A DNA stretch of 63,565 nucleotides, counting the filler, from Trypethelium eluteriae (taxonomy: Eukaryota): NCBI GenBank assembly GCA_051942245.1. It is 4 parts of 4 records of this genome, joined end to end, with 100 filler letters (N's around TTAATTAATTAA, not from the genome) between each part and the next. Parts side by side here need not be neighbours in the genome. Positions count along the whole stretch, not along the records: positions 1 to 15,911 come from JAVECL010000637.1; 3 more parts are not named here. One strand, given 5' to 3'. Below, one piece after another: positions 1 to 12,300 of the stretch. The translations under genes and the position numbers were made by a program. Below the pieces are notes generated by a model. It searched no databases. It saw nothing but the letters and a program-made list of their open reading frames with translations, and was not told the DNA's origin. Every line of letters starts with the position of its first letter. Position 1 is the stretch's first letter.

Positions 1-2078
1 TCTCCACCCCCTTCCCACCCGTGCTCCAGCCATCCCGTCCTTCTCGCCTCAGGTACTCCGCATACAGCCTATTCCCCGTATACTTCGCGCTCGCCGCGCC
101 CCCAGGACTCGCAACGCTATGGTGATTAGCCGCACCACCTCCACTACCAAGTCCCGCCTCATGATGCGCGAGGTTCTTCATGCTCAGCTTCGCCAGCACA
201 TTCAACTGCCCCGTGATATCCTCCTGCTCCACCATAACCACCATCCAGACGCCGACCTTGTCGTCCGAGCCCATCAGCGGCGTGCAGTGGATCCAGCGAA
301 CCCGCCCTTCGGACCCCGCATGGCTGCCGTTGGTCCCGCCGCCGACGCCGCTGCCGCCGAGGTCGAAGTCGTCGTTGCTGGGGTTGGAGCCGCCGCTCGG
401 GTGGTGCACGTGCGCGTTCTGCTGCTGCTGCTGCTGCTGCTGCGCTTGGGCTTGGGCTTGCGCGCTCGTGAGCCAGGAGATCTTGGCTGTGACGCTGACG
501 CCGTGGGAGAGGGCGTCGAGGATGCCGTCGCGGACGTGTGGGGGGCCGCCGATGCGGTCGAGGAATTTGGATTGCATGAGGCCGGGAATGCGCAGGGCGG
601 GTGAGGTGAAGGTGATGCGGAGGGAGGGCCAGGGTCGGACGAGGAGGAACTGTTGATGGAGTTAGCTTTATGTTGGAAGCGTTGGTCAAGGTATGACTCT
701 GGAGATTGGCGGGACTTACATTCTGGTAGACACCCGGTAATCTCCCTGAGCTACCGAGTTGTGGGTGCGCCCAGAGACTGCGCTCTTGCGCCGATTCCAT
801 ACCTAGGATCCGTCTTTGCGGTCTTGTACCATCTCTTGTCCCTGGTCGGACTGGTGTTGATGACTCGCTCCCACGGCTATAACTTCGATCTCGCTTCTTG
901 ACTACCTCGACCTCTTCGTTCGTAAGCAATTGACCCAGCTCTCCCATTGTCGCTAATGGTGTTTTATGTTTTTCCTTCTCCCCAAATCGTGCTTCAGCCT
1001 TGTCTTGCGTGAGAAGTTGTTCAAACGATTCGAGACCTCGACCACCGATGATGAGTTTACTAACGTCGATTTGACAGCCGATAAAATAGCGCACGTTACC
1101 CTTATTATCGTAAAGCGGTGCAATCATGACTAGATTCATGAACGGAGACCCATCCCTCCTGTAGTTAAGTATCGTTTCGCAGATTTCTTGACCTGCACCT
1201 ATTGCTTCTATCAGTCTTCTCGTAGCAGCTGGCTGTGTCTTCGGTCCTTGAAGAAATCGACAGTTTCGACCGATAACATAATCTTTGCCATATTGTGTAG
1301 TATTATAGAACTCTTCAGATGCATAGACGAGCGGATTGTCTGCGACAGAAGGATCGCTCAAGCAGTATACCTCTGCCAGACCACTGACCATCTCCCGCAT
1401 TATTGGTGCGTTGTTGCCGGTGATTTCTTTCACAAGACATTCCGTCACAAGCTGCACAAGGCGGTAGGTGATGTAGGCTGGGAGGGCCTCCTCAACGACT
1501 TCCTCCTCTGTTCTTCTAGATCGCGCTTCGAATTGGCTGTCTAGGTGTGCCGCTATTTGGTCATGGCCCAATGATGGACCCATGCTATGAGCGACAGCAT
1601 TTGCATATTCTACCGCCTTTGTTGCTTTTTGCGATTCCAGAAATCGAGCTAGGATAGGTTCGTCTTGTGGTCTGTAGTTGCGCAGGAATGCGTTGAACCG
1701 TGAAGCTTGCGTCGGGTCTTGTAAAATAGCTTTCAGATGGTCGCTAGAGAACAATCGTTCCGACAATGCCTCGACGTTGGATTGCGAAACTGATGGTGGC
1801 GGCGGTTTGAGGTCATACGATTGAATTTCGTCGGCCGGAGAAAGATCTTGGGTCGTCGGATCTGTGGGAGCTGGATCTTTCACTTCGTCCAAGGGATCGC
1901 CCAATGCATTGTCCTGATCAAAAATCGATGACGGGGTATCAGATGCGTCCGTAATTGGAGACATTGTGGGACGCGGAAGCTCATTGGGATCACGAAGATC
2001 TGGTCCGTGATTCGAGTGAGGGACTTGATCATTGGGAAAAGGTATTAAATTTGAGGCACTAAAGACAGAGACCGGCAT
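1..2078 (-). CDS. RGS-LOV-DUF blue-light photoreceptor (BcLOV4-like architecture), 3'-partial
   Basis: Exon 1 is 2078-720, the intron is 719-650 (GTAAGT...CTAAC...CAG), and exon 2 is open from 649 to the contig edge. The LOV signature GRNCRFLQ lies at 1271-1248, with NYRRDG and FIGCQIDV following. An N-terminal helical RGS-like region is present. Splicing restores the conserved C-terminal domain (LPGVYQN|FLLVRPWPSLRITFTSP...RWIHCTPLMG...VGVWMVV) that the ORF track misreads. Confidence 0.88.
419..442 (-). repeat. (CAG)8 microsatellite encoding polyQ in the LOV protein
   Basis: There is a CTG run on the + strand. On the sense strand it is preceded by CAAGCC-type units, giving AQAQAQAQQQQQQQQ. 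Confidence 0.85.
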
Positions 2079-5000
2079 GGTCGGACTCTCTTTTCTGAAA
2101 TCGAAAATAATGAGGTGACTCGATCATCAGTTATGACGCCGTCACTCATCATGCAGCCACACTGCCGGACCACGAAACGTCATGGAATACCCCGGATCTG
2201 AAACGAGATAAAGTTCAGACTCGTTAGAAAGAGACAAGAAGGATGAGAAAGAATGTGCGAGGGGGCTTTTATGAAGATGCGAAAAAACAATTAGCCTCGC
2301 ACATCGTATGAAGGAGCCGTACCGGGAAGATTTATATCGAATCACTCCCTGTCATTATTTGCATGTCGTTGATTATCCTGAAGGCTCATCATCGCGTGTA
2401 CCTGCTCCTAGCCCCAGCCACCCGGTTGGACTAAGGGCGTAGCCGCATTCAGCTCGATACCGAGGGTGCGTGGGTGGGCGGGAAAGTTTGGAGCTCGTTG
2501 CAGAGCCTGGGCTGGCATGTTTGGAGGAGTGGAGCCGTACTTGGACAGGGGGACCTGCCAGCTCGAGCCCAGATTACCTACGAGGCGTGCAATAACAACT
2601 CAAGAGGAGCTCAGGCTTCGAGCGTGAATCGTCAGTGGAGTTTGGAGGATGGGCGGGAAGGATGCGCCATCTACTCCGTAGTGCCATCAGAGATTAGCAG
2701 ATGCATCCGCGATCCAGCCGCCGATCGTAAAATCGCTTTCGATACTGAACTACGTACCTATGTCCTCCGTACATAAGCACGATAAGCTACACCAACACCA
2801 GACTGAGCAGCGATAATTACGGAAATTTGGGATTGGGATTTCTGGGGTAGGCTTGACTGCGAATGGGATGAAAACCGGATCTAGGCCACAATGACAGCCG
2901 CTAGCTTGGAGTTTGTTTTGTTCCTGATGTTTTACCGTAACGTCATTAGAAGTCCAATCGGTGGACGGTCCCCAGGGCACGCTAGAATAATAATACCGTG
3001 TGGCTTAAGGGGCTGAAGGTTTGCCAGGTGTTGGAATAGCTTCTGCTTCCGGTCTGGCATAACAGCTAATGGGTAAGGTCCCAGTGGTCGGCACTCAGGG
3101 CACCAGTTCGGCATATTCAATACGCCATCTCAGTCATGCGACATCTCGTTCAACGGCATTACGAATCTCGAATGCAATGGCTGCGGCCCTTCCCACTCCC
3201 TGTATAACCGGGCGTTCGTCTACAAATCGCTTGAGATTTGTCCTCATCCTTGCAGCATATCCTAAGATGCTAAGAAGTACGGCTCGCTCCACACACAGCG
3301 TCGGATCACAGCGAGGATCGCGGATCGATCCTTGCTAGTGTTCTTATGCATAAGAGATTGCACCTTCATCTTGTTGACAGACACACTCCCTGGGTGCAGT
3401 TCCTGCCTGTACAGTCCAATGAAGCTATTGTAAACTCAGATCGGCGCAAACCAGACCACCAACCCATCCGGGAGATATAATGCCAATTAAGAAAAGCATT
3501 CCAGCAGCATCTGAGCATATGATATTCTGTAACTGAACTTCGATCTTCGCATGTAGTGCTGGGTTATTTGCCAGGGAGACAAATGTTCTGAGTACCCTGC
3601 AGGTCAAATCTATGCAGGCTCCCTGGCCTGCCTTCAACATCGATCAATCCTTTGACACAGTTCCGGAAGAAAGTCTAGCCTGCAATGTCCCCAGGGTCAC
3701 GCGATCAATAAGACACATGAGGTACCCAGGTGACATACCACATTCAAGGTCCTTTGTGAAAGGCTACATACTAATCTACAAGAGCAACCAAATGAACATG
3801 GGGAAATTAGTAAGAGACGCGTGTTCGGGACTTATTCTTGATAGGGCATGTAGCTACACGCGATACTGTTGTATTTACGTACGCTACGATATTCATCTAG
3901 AGATAGAAATTGTCAATCCGACTTGAATGGCTCTATAATACATATTTCTGGCCTGTCATCTCTCTGGGCCATTTCCGTCATGAGTCTTTCCATAGATAAG
4001 CTCAGCTAGGTACATTTACGGATTCGTTTCTACACAACGATCAAGGAATCTCGAAACGCTTTATGAAGAGAGCTAGGAAACGAGTAGTCTCTCAAAGTTC
4101 ACTAATATAGTTGTCAGTTCGTCCGTTATACTCTACAAATTGTACAACAGCCCGAAAATTCCGAAAAAAACGCTGAGAAGCGCCAAGCACTCGGTTTGCG
4201 GTACAACCGCTTTCTCCAAGATGCAGGAGGATCTATTATGAGTAGACTTCAGATTTTAGGTCCTTCCTGTAGCTAGCTCTGCCGCTTTTTATATTCATTT
4301 ATGACCTTGGACCTATCAGCAGAACCAAGTTGCCGTAACTCTTCGGGCGTTTGGAGCCTGGGTACGCCCGAAGGTCTCTCTACGTTCCACTTCCCATAAG
4401 CAATCACTGGGTTAATTGGTCTTGACATCACTGGTCAACAAAAAGATGTTATATTATTAGGGAATTTCTGAAGAAGAGACGGAGGAAGAATTCATTCTTC
4501 GGCCGGACCGAGTTTTCGATGTGAGCTGAAGAGTACAGAGAATGACTAGCAGCAGTAAGACAGGACTCCAGGATCTTACACCAGATGGCCATAGTGCGGC
4601 GCGGTAGGAGCTGGGAACCGCAGTAGATTGTAACCCACTGATCGTGCTGTGTTAGAGGAACTGCATTATCTCCTACGAGAGAAGTAATTGTCAATTTGGT
4701 ACCAGCAAATCATAGGCGATCAAGATCTGGATTGATACGGCATCTGAGAAAATAAACGGGTGACAGGGTTTGGTTTCAACCGTCCCAAATTTTAAAATTT
4801 GGGTGCCCCTGACGTCTCTCCGCCGTTGGGCGAGTGAGTACCGAATTAGCGGGCGAACCAAGCTACGCCAGCGCGACTCCTTGAACACCCGACTCCCAAG
4901 AAGAAAATACCCAAGCTGTCGCTCCCAGTGACGAACATACCTATCCTCGTGGTAGATTTGAGACTGCTTATCGTTTGCGATCCTTCTGTTTCAGGGATCG

Positions 5001-5126
5001 GTCAATCTTGACGCTCATTCGGTGGATCTCAAGGTTACAATATCCTTTTTTCAGCTACAGTGCTACCGATCCCCGATGCGTCCTCCTGCCTTGTAGAGAC
5101 CGAGGGTCTGACAGCAGGCCCAGAGG

Positions 5127-7851
5127 ATGATGGCGCAAACTCTACCTTCCTTCCAGAATCCTGGTGCTTCATTACCCTCACCGACGCTCACTAATCCGGA
5201 CATGATTCTTCCCAACCGACATGGCGGCCATTATCGCAATGGCTCTCTATCCTCTCTACCTGACCACGAGCTTCCCCCGTCACCGTCCCACTTGCGATTG
5301 AGAGCTGGGCCGAGGTCGTCGCAAGCTCAAGAACACAGAAGACAGCGATTGAGCCGGGAAATTTTGCGCGACAGCGACGCCGAAATCGGAGCCAGTAATC
5401 CGTCCAGGAGACTGAATGCAAAAGCTTCAGCTCCAGCCTTGAAGACCCAAGATTCTTTCGAGATGGCCAAAAAGAGACTGTCGATGGAGAGAAAGTGGAG
5501 TGACGGCTCAGCCGAATCCATAAACAGCGAGGTACTAAGACAAATGAGGTGGCCCTCTCAACATGCTTCGGAGAGTATTGATGGGGGGAACTCTGAAGAT
5601 GACGAGTATGACGAGGGAGGAATTGCAGAATTTATAGGTCGCAATTCGAAGATTACAGGTGACGATGTAGCCGAAGAAGACCATAGTGGAAATGAGGATG
5701 ATCCGTACTCAAGCATGAGCAGAAGAGCTGAACTCATCCTTGCAAATGCGAAGAAGAGGCTTAACGTGAGTGCAAAGAATTTGAAATGAATAGCTCAACC
5801 ACTGCTAATACAGTATCCCACAGTTGATGGAGGGTAATCTTAGAGGCGCCAGAACTTCTCTCAAATCACCTGCACCATATTCATTCAATCAGTCAAGTCC
5901 AGACTCAACCAGCAGCCCTACGTTTGCCAAATCTTTTCACGAAGGACGAATACATTCATCGCTTGGATTTTCCCCTGCACAGAACCATAGTGGTCGAGTG
6001 CGAACTTCTTCTGTCCTCCATAATGGAAGTCCAAGCCATGGCAGAAACTTCAGCGATTCTCATGCGCCTATCCGAAGTTTATCTTTGTCAAATCGTCCAT
6101 CGAAGCGAGAGCAGCAACCATCTGCTGGTCGCAATGGAGTCGCACCGTCTTTTCTGCAATCAAGGTCGCTTCGCGGAACGCGTAGCGCAGATGTACTCGG
6201 GGATAGCAAGAGCCTTCATCATCCCTTGCGTAAACCTTCCCTCGATTGGTCATCACCCACGGGCCTTGACACCCTACCGGAAGATGACAATGTGGGACGA
6301 ATAAACGGCGCGAGAAGTACGAGTCAACAGAGCATCCGGAGTACATCTTCCACGACCAGTGAGCTGCGTAACCAAATGCATTTGCTCAAAGGTCGTTTAT
6401 CAACGTTGCGCGAGCGTACAATTGAGGACAACATCAGGCGACGTAGTATGCAAAACGCACGGATTCCCAGCCCATTCACCGATGCAGAGGCCTGGTATAC
6501 TGGTGCAGATTCATACAAGGGTCAGCCTCTCAATACTGACGCGGGTGTTGGTTACAGTCCAACAGAGCGAGTCAGTGAAGATGAATTTCTGAAGTCGTCA
6601 CATCATCCAGTAGCCTCTCTCGATCCGTCGTTGGACGAGGGTAGCACTCCTAATCCACGGTACTCAAACCCATATAGCTCCTTGCCTATTGATCCTCGCC
6701 TAGGCGGACAAATTTCACAACCACAGTCCAACATCAACGTGGAAGAGAAGGAGCTAGCTTCAGACGTAATGACGCCCAGAGAAGAGGTAGATGAACGCGA
6801 CGCAAGCATCGCAGGGGAGAGTACTTACGAAGATGCCGATGAAGGCATCGTAAACACAGAAGACCATTCTACCCCTACAGGTGAAGATGAACATTTCAAG
6901 TCGAGCTACTTCGATCATTACGACAGAGACGCAGAAGAGCCTCGTACCGCCACCCGAGGGACATTCAAATTTGACCAAGATGAGCCTAACGAGAACGGAC
7001 GAGGTCCATCAGCATCTGGGAGGCACGAAGATCGAGCTGATGCGTTCGATTACGAGCATTTCTTCCTGCATAGTTCCATGGGCTCCATGAGTAATAGTCG
7101 GAGATCTAGCCAGAGCTCGGCTGGGTCTGTGGAGACTACAAAGGGTCCAACGACTGAAACCCAGCCTGAAGAGCAAGGTTCTGGAGCAGCACCTCTTTCA
7201 CCGCCAGCAGCGCACGTAAATGGCCTACGCGTGCAGCATCAACGTAGTGAAAGCGCTTCATCAGTCTCGACAATGGCCACTTTTGCAACCGCAACAGAAG
7301 GAAATGCCACACCAGCTGACGAAAGAGAAGAAGAGGATGTCTTGCCGACGATGACCAACGACCTCCGAATCTCATCGAACCATCCTTTCAACAACAGCAC
7401 ACTACCTATCCCTATCCCAAGTCCACAAGGTCGCCCAGATTCCGGCGTTGGTATCCAGACTCGCGATGCTACCGGTCAGCAGTCTTCGCCAAATATCAAT
7501 GGCTCCCAAGGTCGGGCCGACTCTGTTGTGACTGCTAACCCTCGTCATCGTTCCACCTCTGGCTCGCACTCCGCTTCTAGCTCTCTTCAGGCCCGCTCGC
7601 ACTCCAGCCCTAAACCTTGGGTCGCTCCGGTTGTTACGCCGGTTGTGAATTCTCTGCTCACGAGTACACGGCCTGCTATCAAACTTGAGAAACGCGACGA
7701 GATCAACCTAAGGATCTTTATGGAGAGCTTGAGGGAGGTCTGTCTGAGGCTATCCGAAGGAGGGGAGGATGAGAGTGAGACTCGAGAGTGGAGAAGGAGA
7801 CTTGAAGAAGCGAGGAGGGTGTTGGATGGCAGGTCGAGACCTCGGATCTAG
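5127..7851 (+). CDS. Conserved fungal hypothetical protein, Ser-rich and largely disordered (~890 aa)
   Basis: Two long ORFs are joined by the phase-0 intron 5766-5823 (GTGAGT...CTAAT...CAG). It has short conserved-looking blocks (RAELILANAKKRL, HEDRADAFDYEHFFLHS) and a short coiled coil. Confidence 0.75.
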
Positions 7852-9302
7852 CTGGCATCTTGCAGACACAATCGTGTCACTGCCCTGCTGTTGGCCTTGA
7901 GCCCAGTCTTTCTTTCTAGTAGGTACTTTGTTGGCAGCGTTCTAGCGATATCCAAGTTTACGGTGCATTATATTTGCAGTCTGGGCCGGAAGAGATGAAT
8001 TTTGGTTGGAACAGAATAGGGAGGATACATAGACATCATGTACCATTATATCATAGCCAATAAGACTAATCACTAATGTTGAAGAATTGAAAATTTTTCC
8101 CGCTGACTTGTCCGACTGACGGAGTCACGCTTCTGCATGTACAGTGAAGTGTCCTGGCTTTCCTACGCCATGAGTGAACACCAGGAGCTCCACCCTTCCG
8201 TTTACATCCATGACAATGCCATATTACCTTAATCACCAGCGCGGCTAGACGTACCCGGTGCTTCTTCCGCGTGATCTTCCCCGCCCATTGGACGCTGACG
8301 CCACACCACAGCTCTGAACGGCCTAATCAACATGTTCGGGGATGCTCGCCCATTCGTCAGCCACATGAATTGCAGCGCAATTTGACAAGCGCAGAGCCGT
8401 GAGTGGCTCAACAGCCCCGAGGCATGCAGATGGCGGTGAGCAGTCTCTGATCAAAGAGAAAAATCGAGGACGAAAGGGAGTGGACAGAAGAAGGGACTGC
8501 CCTGCATCTAACGCGTCTTGAGGAGAAGGGAACAGCTCGTCAGGCCGAAGAGGGCCAATTGCGTCTGCACTCGCCCGGCGCAAGGCATCGAGGTGCGGTA
8601 GCGCTACGGTACCTAATGTGTGATGCACGGCAAGTCTTTTCTGTCCTCCATGACCTGCCCACATGAAGATGGAGAGCCCGAACTTGCCATACTACAAAAG
8701 AGCCTACTACCAGATCTAGACAGGGCAAGCTGATGCTTTCCTTCGACCCGCCGCGGTCGTGAAAGGAGAGGGCGAAGGCAAGGAGCAAATCCAACCCCGG
8801 CCTAACCCAAGGGGGTTGTGTATCGATTATCCCTATCGCCAACTTGCCAATCGGGCCGTGCGATACACACTTGGCACGGTCCCCCCTGATTGCCCATTTT
8901 GCACCAGCTGACGCTCGGCCGAAACAGAGGAAGTTGGAAATCTCGAGCTCTTGCTCCCGGTCTTGGCAGAATCAGGCCTAGCAGCAAACTTTTGCCCTGC
9001 CAATTTGGTGGAATTTCGGTACGCATCCGTCTACGCCCCAAGCCCGCCAGTGTGATCCTGTGACAGAAGCTTGACCCTTCCTTTGGGAAACGTCCTTCTC
9101 CCAGCTTTTCGCCGTGTCAATCTTCGCGGCAGTCTTCAGTATCTCTAACATCTATCCACGCAACTTACTCTAGGAGACAATTGACTGTCTCCTTCTCTTG
9201 CTCGACCCTTTTTCTCCTTTATCGCTCAGTCTTTCGCTTCAGTGCATCTTCCAATGCGTCAAGAAATTACCTTTTCACAAACGGTTCGATCAAGCACCAA
9301 CA

Positions 9303-12300
9303 ATGGCCGCAGTAGCCGTACGCGCAACGCATTTTGTCGAAGAAGCAGTCGTCGAGGAGCATTCAGAGATCATGCAATGGATGACTGGATTGGATGAGGC
9401 GTATCGCGAAGGTTTACAGAACTTCGATAGGCATATTGATTTTCGACAGGAACTCACAACAGCGGACACATGCAGACAGTTACAGTCTCAGAAAACCCAT
9501 CTTCCAGATATTGCCATTGATTGCAGAGCAGGAAAACTTGATAGCAATTTAACGAAACTGACTTTCCAGGTTACACGCACATTATCGGCTGTAATCCCCT
9601 CTCTCTATGACCTCGACATCTCTCGAAGGCTCAAGTCTGACATCGCACCTCTCTCGACATCAATTTCCCTATATGCCGACCCTCCACCTTCGTATGACGA
9701 CAGCATCGCCGATACACCTCCAGACTACACCACTACCGCAAATCTAGCTTCCAAACAGCTTGACTATACTAATCTTCCACCTCCTCCTTATACTCGACCT
9801 TGCACCCGTGCGAAGAGCACGTCGCCTATTTGCGATCCATTTGCCAAAATTGCCATTGACTTCTCTGCCACTCACAATGCCCGTCAACATGTCAGCAAAA
9901 AGCAGAAGCAAGCTCAGAAGAAGGCCCAAATAGACAAATGGGCTGATGGTGACGAGGGAGAAGCTGGAAAGGACAACGGTGATCAAGATGGCGAAGGTGG
10001 GGGCGGAGGAGACGGTGGTGCAGGCGCAGGCGGAGGTGCAGGTGGAGGCGGTGATGGAGGAGGTGGCGACGGAGGTGGTGATGATGGCTGGGATGATGTG
10101 GGTGGTGCTGGAAAAGGCAAAAAGGCCAAAAAGAAGAAGAAGAATGCCTTCGCCTGGGAGGAGGATGAGGACGAACAGAAGAAGAAAGAGGAAGAAGAAG
10201 CTAAAAAGGCAGAGGAGGAAGCTACTAACAATGTCTGGGGAAACGAACCCACAAATGGCGGTGCGGGTGCGGCCGCCGGCGGTGAGACCAACCCCGACGA
10301 CGAATGGGGGGCTTTCACACAACCTGGTGGCAAGAAGAACAAGAAGAAAACTAAAAAGGTATATTGTGTTTCATTCTTGTCCTTTTCGATGGGCTGTATT
10401 GCATTTCAGCTCTGGAACTGCTGCGCATCAGCTCGTGACATGGGATTTTGGCGCTAACGTGCTTAACCTTAAAAAGGGGCCCGAGCCAACCCCAGCCCCA
10501 CCCCCAGAACCAGCGATGACCTTTGACAACATCGACCTTAACGACACCGGTAGTGGCGCGCCCCGGTTGGACTTGAGCTTTGGTCTAAATGATAAAGATA
10601 ATAAATCTTCGGGTTTTGGGGGATTTGGCGGTGGAGGCGGATGGAGCTCTTGGGGTGCCTCGAATGTCTCGAAGGGCTGGGGGTTTGACAACATCGGGAA
10701 TGACAAGAAAGACGGTGATGACTTGCAGTTTGATTCGGCGTGGGACACCAGTGGAGGCAACAAGAAGGACAAAGACAAGAAGAAGACGGGTGGCGGCTTC
10801 GACTTTGGCTTCGACAGTTTTGGCGGAGGCGGAGACATCGGAACGAACGGAGTGGGCGAAACTGAACCAAAACCAGAGGATGAGTTCGGGGCATTCACAT
10901 CAGTAAATAAGAAGGACAAAAAGAAGAAGAAGGGCGCCATCGTTGAAGAGGTCACTAACGAACCTCCGGTCATCGACGTTCCTGCACCACCGGAAGCCAC
11001 CACTACCGAAGTTGATGATTGGGCGACCTGGGGCACAGCTCCTACAAAGAAGGACAAGAAGAAAAAGAAGGGAGGCGTGGAGGAGGTCCCACCTGCACCG
11101 CCCCCTCCGCCGCCAGCTCCAGCACTTGTAGATGAGAAAAAGGATGAGGATGATATGTGGGCCTCTTTCGGATCGAAAAAGGATAAGAAAAAGAACAAGA
11201 AGACTGATCCAGACCCTCTCCTCGAGTCTACAAATGACATTACCAAAGAGTCCGAACAGCCTCCGGTAGAAGATATATGGGCCACATCCACATCTAAGAA
11301 GGACAAGAAGAAAGGGAAAAAGGGCGACCCAGAACCTGTGCCTGTGCCTGATCCTGCTCCTGCGCTTGAACCTCCAAAAGATCCCGAACCAACTGTTGGT
11401 GATGATGCTTGGGCTTTTGGTGGTTCTAAGAAAGACAAGAAGAAAGCCAAAAAGGGGGTAGCCAAAGATGAACCGACCAAGATTGAGGAGGTTCTGGAGC
11501 CTCCAGTGAATATCGAGCCAGCAGCAGAGACGAAGCCTAATGATGACTGGGACGATTGGACAACAAACGCCAAAGATAAAAAGAAGAAGGGCAAGAAAGG
11601 CAGCTCGGTTGAGCCAGAAATCTTACCTGCGCCTCATGTTGTGCCGCTGACAGAGACTGAAGCACCGCCAGAGGACGACTGGATGAACTGGAACGCCAAC
11701 AAGAAAGATAAGAAAAAGACGAAGAAAGGGGAGACTGATCCTGTCGCACCAGCGCCTGTCCCACCCCCTGAAGTTCCCGAAGCCCCCAAGGGCGATGATG
11801 ACTGGATGAATTGGAATACCGGCAAGAAAGACAAAAAGACGAACAAAAAGTCCAAGGATGAAGATAAGGGCAAAACGATCATGGCGCCTGGTGCAGAAGA
11901 GAACTCCCTGTTCCCGGATGGTGTCGACGAACCCACAGCTACCGGCGGGGACGACTGGCTTAGCGGCTGGGGAACCACAAGCGCAACCAAACCAAAGAAG
12001 GGTACAAAGAAGGATCTGCTAGCAACCGTCGAAGCAAAAGATACACCTAAAGGTTCGATCGTTCAACCCGATGAGGTTGCTGACTCAGGCGCCAAAGAAG
12101 ATGAAGGGTGGGGTATCTGGGGTACCGGCACGAGAAGTAAAAAGGACAAGAAGAAAGCTTCCCTCATCAAGCCACCTCCGCCAGTGCCAACACCGCCAAA
12201 CCAGGGCCTGACCCCAGAGCCAACCGAGCTGGATCCGCCCATACCTCCTGCTGCTCCTGCAGAGGATGATATCTGGGGCGCTTTTGCGCCAGCCGGGAAG

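Noticed and set aside
159..719. Arg/Pro-rich C-terminus of the 639-aa ORF and the overlapping + strand ORFs
   Set aside because: These arise from reading through intron 719-650 into the wrong frame, plus GC-rich antisense shadows.
9946..10476. Overlap of the 419-aa and 2005-aa ORFs as a programmed frameshift
   Set aside because: It is explained by the canonical intron 10359-10476.
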